From Anaeromyxobacter sp. (GTDB lineage Bacteria; Myxococcota; Myxococcia; Myxococcales; Anaeromyxobacteraceae): a DNA stretch of 64,000 nucleotides. Of the stretch, positions 55,299 through 64,000 are shown in pieces (position 1 is the stretch's first letter; each line of letters opens with the position of its first letter). Under the pieces are notes generated by a model. The model ran no database searches and was not told the origin of the DNA. It was given only the letters and a program-made list of their open reading frames with translations. The stretch is taken from NCBI GenBank assembly GCA_049840735.1, contig JASGJN010000014.1, positions 64,001-128,000 of the forward strand. Direction: 5' to 3'. The translations under genes were made by a program, and so were the position numbers.

Positions 55299-56020
55299 AG
55301 CACTTCCGCGATCTGCCCGAAGAGTTGGCGCTCCATGAGCACGATGCGCTCCCTGGACATGATGCTGAAGGCTGGGCTCACCTTGGCCTCCGCAAACGTG
55401 AGTCGCTGATCCAGCATCTTCTGCAGGTCGCGCCCGTACGTCTGCGGGTTCTGTGCGGGAATCCGCAGCACGGCCGTGATGCGGTCCTTGTACCTTTCGT
55501 AGATCTTCATCTGCTCGAAGGTCTTCCCCTCGGCCTCGACCTTCCCGAAGTACTCGTTCAGCCACACGTAGATCTCTGCGTGCTCCGGCAGGTTCTCGGC
55601 GAGCCACTCAAGGCCGGCGAAGGTGTCCATCATCCCGTAGCCGCCGGTGAGGACCGTGTGGATGGCCACCTCTCGACCCAACCTGCGGATCACTTCGATC
55701 GGGTTCGACTCGGCCATGTACTTCGCGAACGGAACGAAGGTGGCCGCACCGTTGTCGATCACGACGTTGGCAGGCTCGCGCTCGATCATCGTGATGAGCT
55801 CGTCGAACATCCCGGAGTCGATGGCGCCGTCGCGGAGGAGCTCCAAGCGACGGACGTTGAACTGCGGGTACCGCGAGAGCGTGGCGTTCACCGGATCCGT
55901 GTCCACGTTCACGGTCGGGCCTCGCACGCCTGAGGCGTAGTACTCGGCCAGCAGCGCTGCTACGAGCGACTTTCCGACGCCCCCCTTCCCCTGGAGCACA
56001 GCGCTCACCTTGAATGTCAT
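55295..56020 (-). CDS. traL: IncP-type TraL / StbB-like P-loop protein
   Basis: LQGKGGVGKS, DTDPVNAT, VIDNGA.TFVP, HTVLTGG..MMDT, VWLNEYFG. Confidence 0.9.
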   Translation of the reverse strand: MTFKVSAVLQGKGGVGKSLVAALLAEYYASGVRGPTVNVDTDPVNATLSRYPQFNVRRLELLRDGAIDSGMFDELITMIEREPANVVIDNGAATFVPFAKYMAESNPIEVIRRLGREVAIHTVLTGGYGMMDTFAGLEWLAENLPEHAEIYVWLNEYFGKVEAEGKTFEQMKIYERYKDRITAVLRIPAQNPQTYGRDLQKMLDQRLTFAEAKVSPAFSIMSRERIVLMERQLFGQIAEVL

Positions 56021-56035
56021 GCCCGTTCTCCGATT

Positions 56036-56401
56036 CTAGATGTGGTCCTTCTTCTCCAGCGCCTTCACTGCGAATGAATCCATGTCGACCTTCGGGATGG
56101 GCTCCTTGGAGCGCCTGGGGTGCGGAGTGGTGCTTGCGGGCGAGCTGCGCTTCCCGGCGGTCGGCGGGTCCTGCCTCGCTCCCGTGACGGGTGCCCGCGC
56201 GGCAGGCGGCGGGCGCGGGGAGCGGAGGGTTCGGGCGTAGCGAACGAACTGCGAATACGAGAGGTCGAGCTGGCCAGCGAGGGCGTCGTAGATCCAGATC
56301 AGCGTCCTGCCGGCTCGCAGCCCCTTTCGAACCTCTTCCTCGACCGCAGTGAAGGCCGACCGCCCGGTCCTTCGCTTCCGCCCCGATGTGGTGCTCATCA
56401 A
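56036..56401 (-). CDS. traK: TraK / StbA-like DNA-binding protein
   Basis: GRSAF.AV.EEVR..L..G......YD.L......SYSQF.RY; directly upstream of traL. Confidence 0.75.
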   Translation of the reverse strand: MMSTTSGRKRRTGRSAFTAVEEEVRKGLRAGRTLIWIYDALAGQLDLSYSQFVRYARTLRSPRPPPAARAPVTGARQDPPTAGKRSSPASTTPHPRRSKEPIPKVDMDSFAVKALEKKDHI

Positions 56402-56499
56402 CGTGCCTCCTCCAGCGACTCACTTCGCGCGCAGAACGGACCGGGAGCCCCTTCAGCAGTGGCAGACGATTCACACAATCAGAAATTGCCCACGAACAA

Positions 56500-56640
56500 C
56501 CACAAGCATGACAATGTCACGCGTGATGTACGTGACATGCTACGGCAATTGCTACGCGGAAACCGCTGCGCCGCAGCTGTTTCCGTATGACGGTTACCGT
56601 ACGATCGTTTCTTCTCGTTCGTCAAATGAAATTTGGTCTC
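56500..56640. promoter_or_regulatory. divergent traK/xis intergenic region with short inverted repeats (possible oriT or operator)
   Basis: tgtcacg..cgtgaca and acggttaccgt; lower GC than the flanks. Confidence 0.35.
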
Positions 56641-56681
56641 ACCGCTTGCAACGGCAGCACGGATGGGCTACTCAGGGAGGT

Positions 56682-56930
56682 GTGTCCGACCCCAAGGATT
56701 CGAAGGCCGATCCTCTCGCGTTCCCGGAGTTCGTGACGCTCTCGCGACCCCAGCCGCTCTGGACGGTGAAGGAGGTGGCCGAGCGGCTGCAGGTCTCGAC
56801 GGACTACATCTACGCAGCAGCCAGCCGAGGCGAGATCCCCTGCGTGCGCCTGGGCACCAGCCTCAGGTTCCACTACTCGGACGTGGTCACGTTTCTGAAT
56901 CGGCTCCGAACGCTTCCGAAGGAGCGCTGA
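56682..56930 (+). CDS. xis: excisionase / HTH_17 DNA-binding protein
   Basis: GGAGG RBS; LWTVKEVAERLQVS..YIY.....GEIP.VRLG..LRF. Confidence 0.85.
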   Translation: MSDPKDSKADPLAFPEFVTLSRPQPLWTVKEVAERLQVSTDYIYAAASRGEIPCVRLGTSLRFHYSDVVTFLNRLRTLPKER

Positions 56931-56966
56931 CGCTCCAACGCAGCGTGCGGAGCCTCGAGGTATCGC

Positions 56967-59207
56967 GTGAGCTACCGCCGCAAGGGGTCACCGTATTTCT
57001 GGATCTCCTACGTCGACCACTCCGGGCGACGCGTCCGCGAGAGCACCGGGTTCGTCCGCAAGGCCCAAGCCGACATCCTGGAGCGCGCCAAGCGCAACGG
57101 AGTCGCCTTCGCGCGGGGAGGTCTTCCGGATCCGGACGCCGGGAAGCGGACGACGTTTGCCGACCTCGTGGACTGGTACTGGAAGCGACACGGCAAGAAG
57201 CTCGAATCAACCTCGCTCGAGGGATCGGTCCGCAAGCACCTCGTGCCGAAGCTTGGACATCTGCCCCTCTCGGCCATCACGCCTGCGCTCCTGCAGGAGA
57301 CGCTCGACGACCTCGCCGACGTTCTGAAACCGTCCAGCCGGAACCACCTCCGCGGGAACGTGGGGACGATGTTCAAGCGCGCCAGCAAGCGCGGCGTTGG
57401 CCTCTGGTCAGGACAGAACCCCGTCGAGGAGGTCGAGCGCGCCCCGAGGGTTCAGCGTACGGCGGATCACCTGAACCTGGATGAGGTCGGGCCGCTGCTG
57501 CAGGCCATGCATGGTCAGTGGCGCTGGGTCGTTGCCACCGCCCTCTTCACCGGACTTCGCGAAGGCGAGCTCTTCGGCCTGCTCAAGTCCGACCTCAACT
57601 GGACCCAGCTCGAGATCACGCTTCGGCGGAGCTGGGACAAGGAGACCACCAAGTCCCGCAAGGACCTGGTGATCCCCATCGCGCGAGACCTGGTGCCCTA
57701 CCTCCGCGCCGCGGTGGACTCGTCCGACTCGGTGCTCGTCTTCCCACGGCGGGACGGGCGCATGCACAACGACGAGGTCGACATCAACCGGCGCATCGCG
57801 GTCGGGCTGAAGGCGGCGGGCCTGATCATCGGCTTCGACCACAAGTGTCGGCGCCCGGGCTGCGGGTTCAGGGAACGCAGGAGCTCGAGCAAGCTGACGA
57901 AGTGCCCGACCTGCAACTTCACCCTGTGGGTGTCGCCGGTCCCGCGGCCCATCACCATCCACAAGCTCCGGCACACCACGGGCACGCTGCTCGCCAAGGC
58001 CGGGGTGCCCATCCACATCATCCAGCGCATCCTCGGGCACGCCGATATCCGGGTGACGAGGGAGCACTACCTGCACCTGGACACGAACGATGCCAGGGCG
58101 GCGCTGGACACGAAGCTGGTGTTCCCGGGGCTGCCCAGCGCGACCGATGCCGCCCCAGGCACAATCCAGGCACAGAGCCTCATGCCTGGAAAAGTCGAAG
58201 GCCGCGACCCGACGGTTTCCCGTGCGAAGTCGCGGCCTTCTGAGTCGGGGAGACAGGATTTGAACCTGCGACCCCTTGGTCCCGAAGAAAGTCTACAGAA
58301 CCACCCCAACCCCCTTCAGACACTCCGAATTCGCCGTCAATGCTTGCGGCCCAGCGCTTCTGCGAAGACGCTCACCTTGCATCACGGGGCAGCATTTCCT
58401 ATCATGACACCGCACCGAGAACGCACCGACGCACCGAGAACGCACCGAGCCGGAGGGCGCCATGAAGCGGATCGAGCTGACCACCGAGTGGCTGGGCAAC
58501 TGGGCGCCAATCAAGGAGACGGAGGTCTCCGACCGGGGCTGCAAGGGGCTCGTGATCCGGGGCGGCCCAGCTGGCGGCCGGACCTTCTACCGGTGGTCCG
58601 ACGTTCGCGACACCGCCACCGGCAAGGTCCGGCGCCGGCGCGTGAAGCTCGGACGCTGGCCGGCTCTGTCTCTCTCCGAGGCCCGGAAGGCCGTCCACGA
58701 CGCCCGCGAGACCCTCAAGGCGGAGAGGCCCGGCTCTCCCGACCTCTCTGTCGCCCAGGTCGCAGAAGCGTACCGCCGCGACATCCTCGCCCAGCGCGAG
58801 CCCGCTTCCCTCGCCTGGTCCTGGGGCATCATCCGGACCCACGTCCTCGCGGCGAGACCCGATCCCAGGGGACCGGAGTTCCGGGAGTGGCCGGCCCGCA
58901 CCGTCCGCGCCCCCGACATCGCAGCCGTCATTCGCGCCGCCAAGATGGAGCGCACGGTCGAGGTCAGAACCGAGGATGGCGGTACGGTTGCGCGGAAGCT
59001 GGGCGGGGCCGCCGCCGCTCGCGCCGCCCTCCGCGAGGTCAAGGCCATGTTCGCCGCTGCTGTAGGCTCCGGCTCCCTCGAGATGAGCCCCGCAGCGGTC
59101 CTCCAGGCGAGCGCGCTCGGCCTCAAGGGAACGAAGCGGGGACGCTTCCTGGACAGCAACGAACTCGCTGCACTGTTCGAGGCTCTAGACCTGAACGCGC
59201 TACTTGA
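56967..59207 (+). CDS. int: tyrosine integrase; catalytic core ends at ~58130 and the frame reads through the att site
   Basis: TGLREGEL, HKLRHT, ILGHADIRVT..HY; no stop until 59207. Confidence 0.85.
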   Translation: MSYRRKGSPYFWISYVDHSGRRVRESTGFVRKAQADILERAKRNGVAFARGGLPDPDAGKRTTFADLVDWYWKRHGKKLESTSLEGSVRKHLVPKLGHLPLSAITPALLQETLDDLADVLKPSSRNHLRGNVGTMFKRASKRGVGLWSGQNPVEEVERAPRVQRTADHLNLDEVGPLLQAMHGQWRWVVATALFTGLREGELFGLLKSDLNWTQLEITLRRSWDKETTKSRKDLVIPIARDLVPYLRAAVDSSDSVLVFPRRDGRMHNDEVDINRRIAVGLKAAGLIIGFDHKCRRPGCGFRERRSSSKLTKCPTCNFTLWVSPVPRPITIHKLRHTTGTLLAKAGVPIHIIQRILGHADIRVTREHYLHLDTNDARAALDTKLVFPGLPSATDAAPGTIQAQSLMPGKVEGRDPTVSRAKSRPSESGRQDLNLRPLGPEESLQNHPNPLQTLRIRRQCLRPSASAKTLTLHHGAAFPIMTPHRERTDAPRTHRAGGRHEADRADHRVAGQLGANQGDGGLRPGLQGARDPGRPSWRPDLLPVVRRSRHRHRQGPAPAREARTLAGSVSLRGPEGRPRRPRDPQGGEARLSRPLCRPGRRSVPPRHPRPARARFPRLVLGHHPDPRPRGETRSQGTGVPGVAGPHRPRPRHRSRHSRRQDGAHGRGQNRGWRYGCAEAGRGRRRSRRPPRGQGHVRRCCRLRLPRDEPRSGPPGERARPQGNEAGTLPGQQRTRCTVRGSRPERAT
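58245..58286 (-). other. att site: 3' half of tRNA-Pro(CGG)
   Basis: Revcomp ttcgggaccaaggggtcgcaggttcaaatcctgtctccccga contains the anticodon loop, T arm and acceptor strand; no 5' half. Confidence 0.88.
58411..58448 (+). repeat. CGCACCGA x4 direct repeats, probable integrase arm-type sites
   Basis: Copies at 58411, 58422, 58430, 58441, between the att site and the second integrase. Confidence 0.7.
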
Positions 59208-59831
59208 CGGGACGGCCAAGGACCAGAAGCTCTCCAAGACGGTTCGACTCGGTATCGCGTTCCTGCATTACGTGCCCGTGCGCACACACAGCCTTGTGGC
59301 GGCTGAGTGGAGGGAGTTCGACCTTGAGGCCTGCCGGTGGACCATCCCTGTCGCAAGGATGAAGCTCCACCGCGATGACCGCGCCGAGGCTCGACCGTTC
59401 GTCGTGCCACTGCCGCCCACGGCCATCGCCATCCTGAAGCGCCTCCAGGAACAGGCGGGCGGTAGCCGCTGGGTGCTGGCCAGCCCCAAGGACCCCAAGA
59501 AGCACGTCGGGGCCAAGGTGCTCGTTCGAGCCCTGGCGCGCCTCCAGGAGAGCGGGCGACTTTCCTTCGGATCCCGACTGACCATCCACGACGCCCGGCG
59601 CACCTGGCGCCGATGGGCCGGGAACTCGGCGTTTCCTTCGAGGTCGCCGAGAAGAGCCTCGCCCACGCGCTGCCTGGCGTCGCCGATACTTACGCCAAGG
59701 CCGAACTCGTCGAGCAGCGTGCGGACTCGGCCAACCTCGTGGCTGCCGCATTCGACCGGATTCGGCTGGGCCAGAATGCTTCCGTGGTTCCCATGGCCGC
59801 CCGTTCGCGCGCGGAAAGACCACGGCCGTAG
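58462..59831 (+). CDS. int: P4-like tyrosine integrase with N-terminal arm-binding domain (frameshift at ~59620)
   Basis: D...KGL.IR....GRTF..VKLGRWPALSLSEAR; PVR, HDARRT, LAH..PGV..TY. Confidence 0.88.
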
Positions 59832-60061
59832 GAGGGGTGTATAATGGTCTTAGGTGGACTAACGCAGAGTGCCATCGAGCGAGCCGGTACCAAGAAACTC
59901 GCCCACCTTGGCGGATTGTCCTGCTAGAACGCGCCCACCCCTCGTCAGGGAGCGCGCTCATATCGCCCGCCGCACTGATTGTGCGGCCCACATAGTTGGA
60001 CCTTTTCGACGCCCAGGGTGAGCCGGCCACCCGGGGAGGATCTTATCGAAAAGGCCCCGCT

Positions 60062-60238
60062 ATGCCCGGCAACAAGCCCAGTTCACAGCCAAGCAAGCAG
60101 CTCAACATCCTGATCGACGCGGAGATCAAGGACCGCATCGTCGCGTTCGCGCGGCGGCGTGGTTGCTTCCTGCGCCGCGCAGTTGCTGACGCCATCGCGT
60201 CGTATCTCGCGAACGAGGAGAAGGGGGTGCGCCATTGA
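60062..60238 (+). CDS. ribbon-helix-helix-like protein
   Basis: KQLNILIDAEIKDRIVAFARRRG..LRRAVADAI. Confidence 0.65.
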   Translation: MPGNKPSSQPSKQLNILIDAEIKDRIVAFARRRGCFLRRAVADAIASYLANEEKGVRH

Positions 60239-60440
60239 CCGCCCCCGCCTCTCGCGTCCTCACTGGCCCTGAGTGCTGCGCCGCCTTCGGGGTCAGCCCC
60301 GCCACCTGGAGCCGCTGGGTCAAGGCAGGCTACGCCCCTCGGCCCGTCCGCATCGCTGGCCGACCCCGTTGGCTTCGCGCCGAGATTCGACTCCTTCCTG
60401 CAGCGCCTGGTCGAGGACCGCGACGGGTGCTCCAATGCGT
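60235..60440 (+). CDS. AlpA-family regulator (probable frameshift near the 3' end)
   Basis: FGVSPATWSRWVKAGYAPRPVRIAGRPRWLRAEI. Confidence 0.75.
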
Positions 60441-60866
60441 AGCCCCTTCCCTATCGACTTCTCGCGTCCTGTCGAGCTCACACCGAAGGAGCTGCGTCTC
60501 CGGCTCGAGGACCTCCTCGGCCGTAGAATTTCGGCGAGGACGTTCGCCTACTGGAGGAAGCAGGGCTGGGTCGCCGAGCCCTTCGCCCGCCGCCCCCGCG
60601 GCTACCGCGGTGAGTGCTGTGTGTGGACCACCGACCAGGTGCCGCGCATGGCAGCGAGTATCGCCGCGCACGTCCGCCGCTCCGCGACCAAGAAGGAGAT
60701 CGACGAGCGGGTGAGCAACGGTCGGGAGCGGCACAACGAGCGTCGGCGCGAAGCCGCGGACATCGCCCAGATCGCTAGAGCGTGCGCAGAGAACGGGCTC
60801 TACGCCATGGCGCGCGTGTCGTTGATGAGCCTGCTCAGGTCCCACGGGGTCGAGGTGCAGTCATGA
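60435..60866 (+). CDS. hypothetical MerR-like HTH protein
   Basis: ISARTFAYWRKQGWV.EP. Confidence 0.55.
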   Translation: MRSPFPIDFSRPVELTPKELRLRLEDLLGRRISARTFAYWRKQGWVAEPFARRPRGYRGECCVWTTDQVPRMAASIAAHVRRSATKKEIDERVSNGRERHNERRREAADIAQIARACAENGLYAMARVSLMSLLRSHGVEVQS

Positions 60867-61072
60867 CGGAACGCATCCTCGGACTGCCCGCGGGCTGGCG
60901 TCGCGCCTGCAGCGACCTACCGACCATCATCCGTGCTCGCCGCGTCTTCATCCTCGCAGATGGAACCACCCTCCGAGTGGACGACGAGGGTCACCTTGGC
61001 CACGTGATGCAGGGTGGAACGCCTGGGCTGCGCTCGATTGCTGCCGATCCCGACCCCGGGAGGCGTCCATGA
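60863..61072 (+). CDS. small hypothetical protein
   Basis: ATGA overlaps with both neighbours. Confidence 0.5.
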   Translation: MTERILGLPAGWRRACSDLPTIIRARRVFILADGTTLRVDDEGHLGHVMQGGTPGLRSIAADPDPGRRP

Positions 61073-61284
61073 TGAGTTCTGGCCAGCTCGAACTCCAGGA
61101 ACGATGTCCGCGCTGCGGTTCACCGCTCCGAACTCTCGCCTCCCTCGCAGCCCTTGCGCGCACCGCCGAAATAGCGCTCAGCCGTCGCAAGCTCGCCCTT
61201 CCCGACTCCGTCCCTGCAGCGCTCAAGGTGTTGGCGTCTTCGTTGCCGTGCCACGCCGGGACTTGCTTCGAGGGAACAGCATGA
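61069..61284 (+). CDS. small hypothetical protein (CPRCG)
   Basis: ATGA overlaps with both neighbours. Confidence 0.5.
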   Translation: MMSSGQLELQERCPRCGSPLRTLASLAALARTAEIALSRRKLALPDSVPAALKVLASSLPCHAGTCFEGTA

Positions 61285-62399
61285 CCGAGGCCACCGCCGA
61301 GAGATTCGTTGGCTGCGGCGACATGCTCGAAGAGGTTCGGTCGCATGCTGACGCCGCGATTCAGAAGCACGAGGCAGCGATCGCGATGCGCCGCGAAGGT
61401 CTCCTGTCCGTCAACGAGATCTTCGCTCCGCTCCCCCCAGTCGACTGGCTCTGCCAGCCCCTCGACATGGCCGCCGGCGCCCCCGTCCTCTTCGCCGGAT
61501 ACGGGTTCAGCGGCAAGACGGTGTCTGCCCAAGACCTCGCCCTCGCCGTAGCAACAGGCGGCCGCGTCTGGGGCATGTTCAACGTCCGCAAGGGTCGCGT
61601 CCTGCACCTCGACTACGAGCAGGGCGCCTATCTCACCCGCACCCGCTATCAGCGCCTGGCGCGCGCCAGAGGCCTCAGCGCAGCCGATTTGGAGGGTAGC
61701 CTCGTCCTTGCCCCGCTGCCGTCCTGGTACCTCGACAACGACGCCCAGGACCGTCTAGCCCGCCTTGCCGAAGGCTTCGACCTCCTGGTGGTGGACTCGT
61801 TCCGCGCCGCCTGCCCTGGGACGGACGAGAACTCGTCGGACGCCCGGATCCCCCTCGACCGCCTGAACCGCATCGCCGAACGAACCGGCGCCACCCCTGT
61901 CGTCATCCATCATGCCCGGAAGCCGACCAGGGACGCCCAGGGCGGTGCCCGCATGTCGATCCGCGGCTCCGGCGCCATGTACGACGCCTGCGGGTCCGTC
62001 CTGGTCTTCGCCGCCGAGAAGGGCGAACCCATCACCGTGGAGCACGAGAAGGCCCGCATCAGCGGCCGCACCCACGATGCCTTCCGACTCCACATCGTGG
62101 ACGTGGAGATTGCCGGGGACCCCAACGCCGGCCTTCGCGTGACCGCGCTCGCCAACGCCGACAACCCGCCTGCTCCGAAGGCCTTCGTCGAGCTCAAGCG
62201 CCGCATCCTCGAGTTACTCAAGGAGGAGGGAGGCATCGTAACCGGCGGAGTGAACGTCCTCAGGGCGCGTCTGGACGCCCGCAAGGAGGACGTGTCCGCC
62301 GCCATCCACGAACTTGAGCGGGAGCATGCCCTGATTCGGGGAGGTACCTATCGCGCCCCCACTCTCAGACTCACGGGAACCGATTGTGACTCCCGGTGA
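61281..62399 (+). CDS. RepA-type (AAA_25, RecA/DnaB-like) helicase
   Basis: GYGFSGKT, VLHLDYE, LLVVDSF, IHHARK, IRGSGA. Confidence 0.85.
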   Translation: MTEATAERFVGCGDMLEEVRSHADAAIQKHEAAIAMRREGLLSVNEIFAPLPPVDWLCQPLDMAAGAPVLFAGYGFSGKTVSAQDLALAVATGGRVWGMFNVRKGRVLHLDYEQGAYLTRTRYQRLARARGLSAADLEGSLVLAPLPSWYLDNDAQDRLARLAEGFDLLVVDSFRAACPGTDENSSDARIPLDRLNRIAERTGATPVVIHHARKPTRDAQGGARMSIRGSGAMYDACGSVLVFAAEKGEPITVEHEKARISGRTHDAFRLHIVDVEIAGDPNAGLRVTALANADNPPAPKAFVELKRRILELLKEEGGIVTGGVNVLRARLDARKEDVSAAIHELEREHALIRGGTYRAPTLRLTGTDCDSR

Positions 62400-62531
62400 C
62401 ACGCTCAGGCCCGTGCCCCGCTGCGTTCGGATTGGTTCCCGGCCTAAAGGCCGGGAACCGATTCCGATCCGAACCGCGGTCCGGGTCATCGGTTCCGGGA
62501 ACCGATTGGGAACCGAACGGGAACCGATTCC
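62375..62531. repeat. GGGAACCGATT-type repeats in both orientations (putative origin)
   Basis: About five direct and two inverted copies immediately after the helicase. Confidence 0.75.
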
Positions 62532-62608
62532 ATTGCTGACCCCCTCTACCCTCGTTGCATAGGTTGCACGGGTACGAAGGAAGCGCTGCGTTCGCTAGTC
62601 TTCGAAGC

Positions 62609-62917
62609 ATGCCGCGAACCAAGCGAGAGCCAGCGCCGTCCGCCCCCAGGCCCCTTGGGCTCGACCTGGCCGGTGCCGCGAGCGCCGGTGAGGCCTACGA
62701 GCGGATCGCTCGGGCGTTCGACGAGGGCCGTCTCTCGGCCGCCGACGCCCGGATCGCGGTGGACCTGCTCAAGATCCGGAGCACGGTCGTCGCTGCCGAG
62801 GAGTTCCGGAGGCGGCTCGAGCTCGCCGAAGCGGCCGCCCGAGAGGCGCAGAGGGCCTCTCTCCCGGCTCGTCGTCAGGTCATCGAGGTCGAGGAGGGCC
62901 GCCTTGAAAGCAACTGA
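62609..62917 (+). CDS. hypothetical helical protein
   Basis: GRLSAADA...RRRLELAE. Confidence 0.6.
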   Translation: MPRTKREPAPSAPRPLGLDLAGAASAGEAYERIARAFDEGRLSAADARIAVDLLKIRSTVVAAEEFRRRLELAEAAAREAQRASLPARRQVIEVEEGRLESN

Positions 62918-63130
62918 CCCCTTTCTCCCCGAGAATGCGGCCGCTCTCACGCCAGGCGTTTCTGCGGACTTGCGCCACCTCGGTGCGGCCCTCGGTGCGT
63001 TCCGGGGCCACCGGAGCGCGATGTTTCCGGACCTCGGCGGTGGGGCTCACCGGCCGGCCCCGTGGCGTCCTGCGACCCCCTCCGCGCCACGGGTCCGGTC
63101 GGAGCCCAGTTCCAAACTCCCGGTGCATGC

Positions 63131-63945
63131 ATGAACAAGGAACTCTCCCGCCGCGAGGCCATCCGGCAGGCTCGAACCGCGCGGCGCCCCTCCCAGCGGC
63201 CCCAGCCTGCGCGGGAAGAGGTCCAGGCGTTCGAGGCTGACCTGGAGATTGCCGCCAAGGCCCGCATGCTCTCGCCGGCGCAGCTGCAGGCCATCGCCGC
63301 CAGGGATCCTGGCTTTCTCCCCTCGCTGCAGTCGGCCCTGGCCACCGAGCAGCGCTTCCGTGAGTCCACCCTGCGACACACGTACGCGGAGGAGGTCGCG
63401 AAGCGCCACCAGGACATGGCGACCGATGACCCTTCCGGCATCTGGGCGGGGACCAACCCCATCGCCCGCGGCCTCCGCGACCCAGAGCATCAGGCGACCA
63501 CGGCTCGCTTTCTCGAGCAGAACCGTATCAGTTGGCAGGGCTACCCGAGCCCATCGGCCGCCCTGTTCGCGTTCGCGGCCAAGGTTGCCATGGGGAGACA
63601 CCCGAGCCGCTCAAGGGGCGAGAGCTGTTCAAGCCGGGGCGCCCCGTCGCCGAGCAGTTGGCTGAGCGATTCCCCGATCTCGGCAACGCGCAGGAGATTG
63701 CGGCCAGCCTGGAGAATCTCCAGCGGGCAGCCCATGAGATCCGGTACCTGCACAAGCTGAGGGCCTCAGATTTGGCGGAGCCGAAGCGCGAGCCCAGTGC
63801 GGACATGAAGCGGCGAGCCCAGGAGCAGACCGACCGCCGGGAGGCGATTGAGCGGGCCGGCAGGGACGTTGGATTCAAGGAGGAGCCGACAGAGCTCGGA
63901 TTCCGCCATGAGCGGGTACCTGGCTGCGGCCGCGGCTCACCTTGA
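63131..63945 (+). CDS. hypothetical protein (probable frameshift at ~63590)
   Basis: Two overlapping ORFs with coding-like composition (63131-63760, 63532-63945). Confidence 0.5.
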
Positions 63946-64000
63946 GGGCCGGGAGCTCAACGTCCGCTTCACCCCTGATGCCGCCAAGCAGATCGAGCGG

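Larger units (their letters stand above)
58287..64000 (+). mobile_element. phage-satellite / PICI-like integrated element (continues beyond the window)
   Basis: att-int-RHH-AlpA-small ORFs-RepA helicase-iteron-like repeats, all on the + strand. Confidence 0.65.

Noticed and set aside
58245..58320. complete tRNA-Pro gene
   Set aside because: Only the anticodon loop to acceptor strand is present; the adjacent sequence cannot form the 5' anticodon stem or D arm
59840..59845. sigma70 promoter (TATAAT)
   Set aside because: Perfect -10 but no convincing -35 or extended -10; insufficient on its own

Overview
GC-rich (~70%) accessory region, by inference from a Myxococcota-like host, made up almost entirely of mobile DNA and anti-phage genes. 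From left to right: (i) two identical, oppositely oriented ISAs1-family elements (29-1731, 39933-41635) whose 11-bp target duplications are swapped, showing that the 38.2 kb between them has been inverted, which splits a GNAT gene and an IS66 tnpA; (ii) inside that segment, an IS21 element with passenger genes, a DUF6884/YaaA-like + GIY-YIG + ASCH cluster, IS1182, two HEPN-type genes, a third ISAs1 and a tightly coupled seven-gene DISARM-like operon (DEAD/DUF1998 helicase, SNF2 helicase, N6-MTase, Schlafen AlbA_2 fusion, PLD nuclease, HNH nuclease, OLD-type ATPase) cut off by a four-gene TG..CA transposon; (iii) a Menshen-like triad and nested IS3/IS66/serine-recombinase remnants between two copies of a traL-traM-metallophosphoesterase block; (iv) traK-traL-traM, xis and a tyrosine integrase that contains a tRNA-Pro 3' half (att site) within its reading frame; (v) a second, phage-satellite-like element (P4-type integrase, AlpA, RepA/AAA_25 helicase, iteron-like repeats). 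Many genes have single-base frameshifts, probably long-read assembly indels. Family assignments come from motif recognition only; no database search was run.
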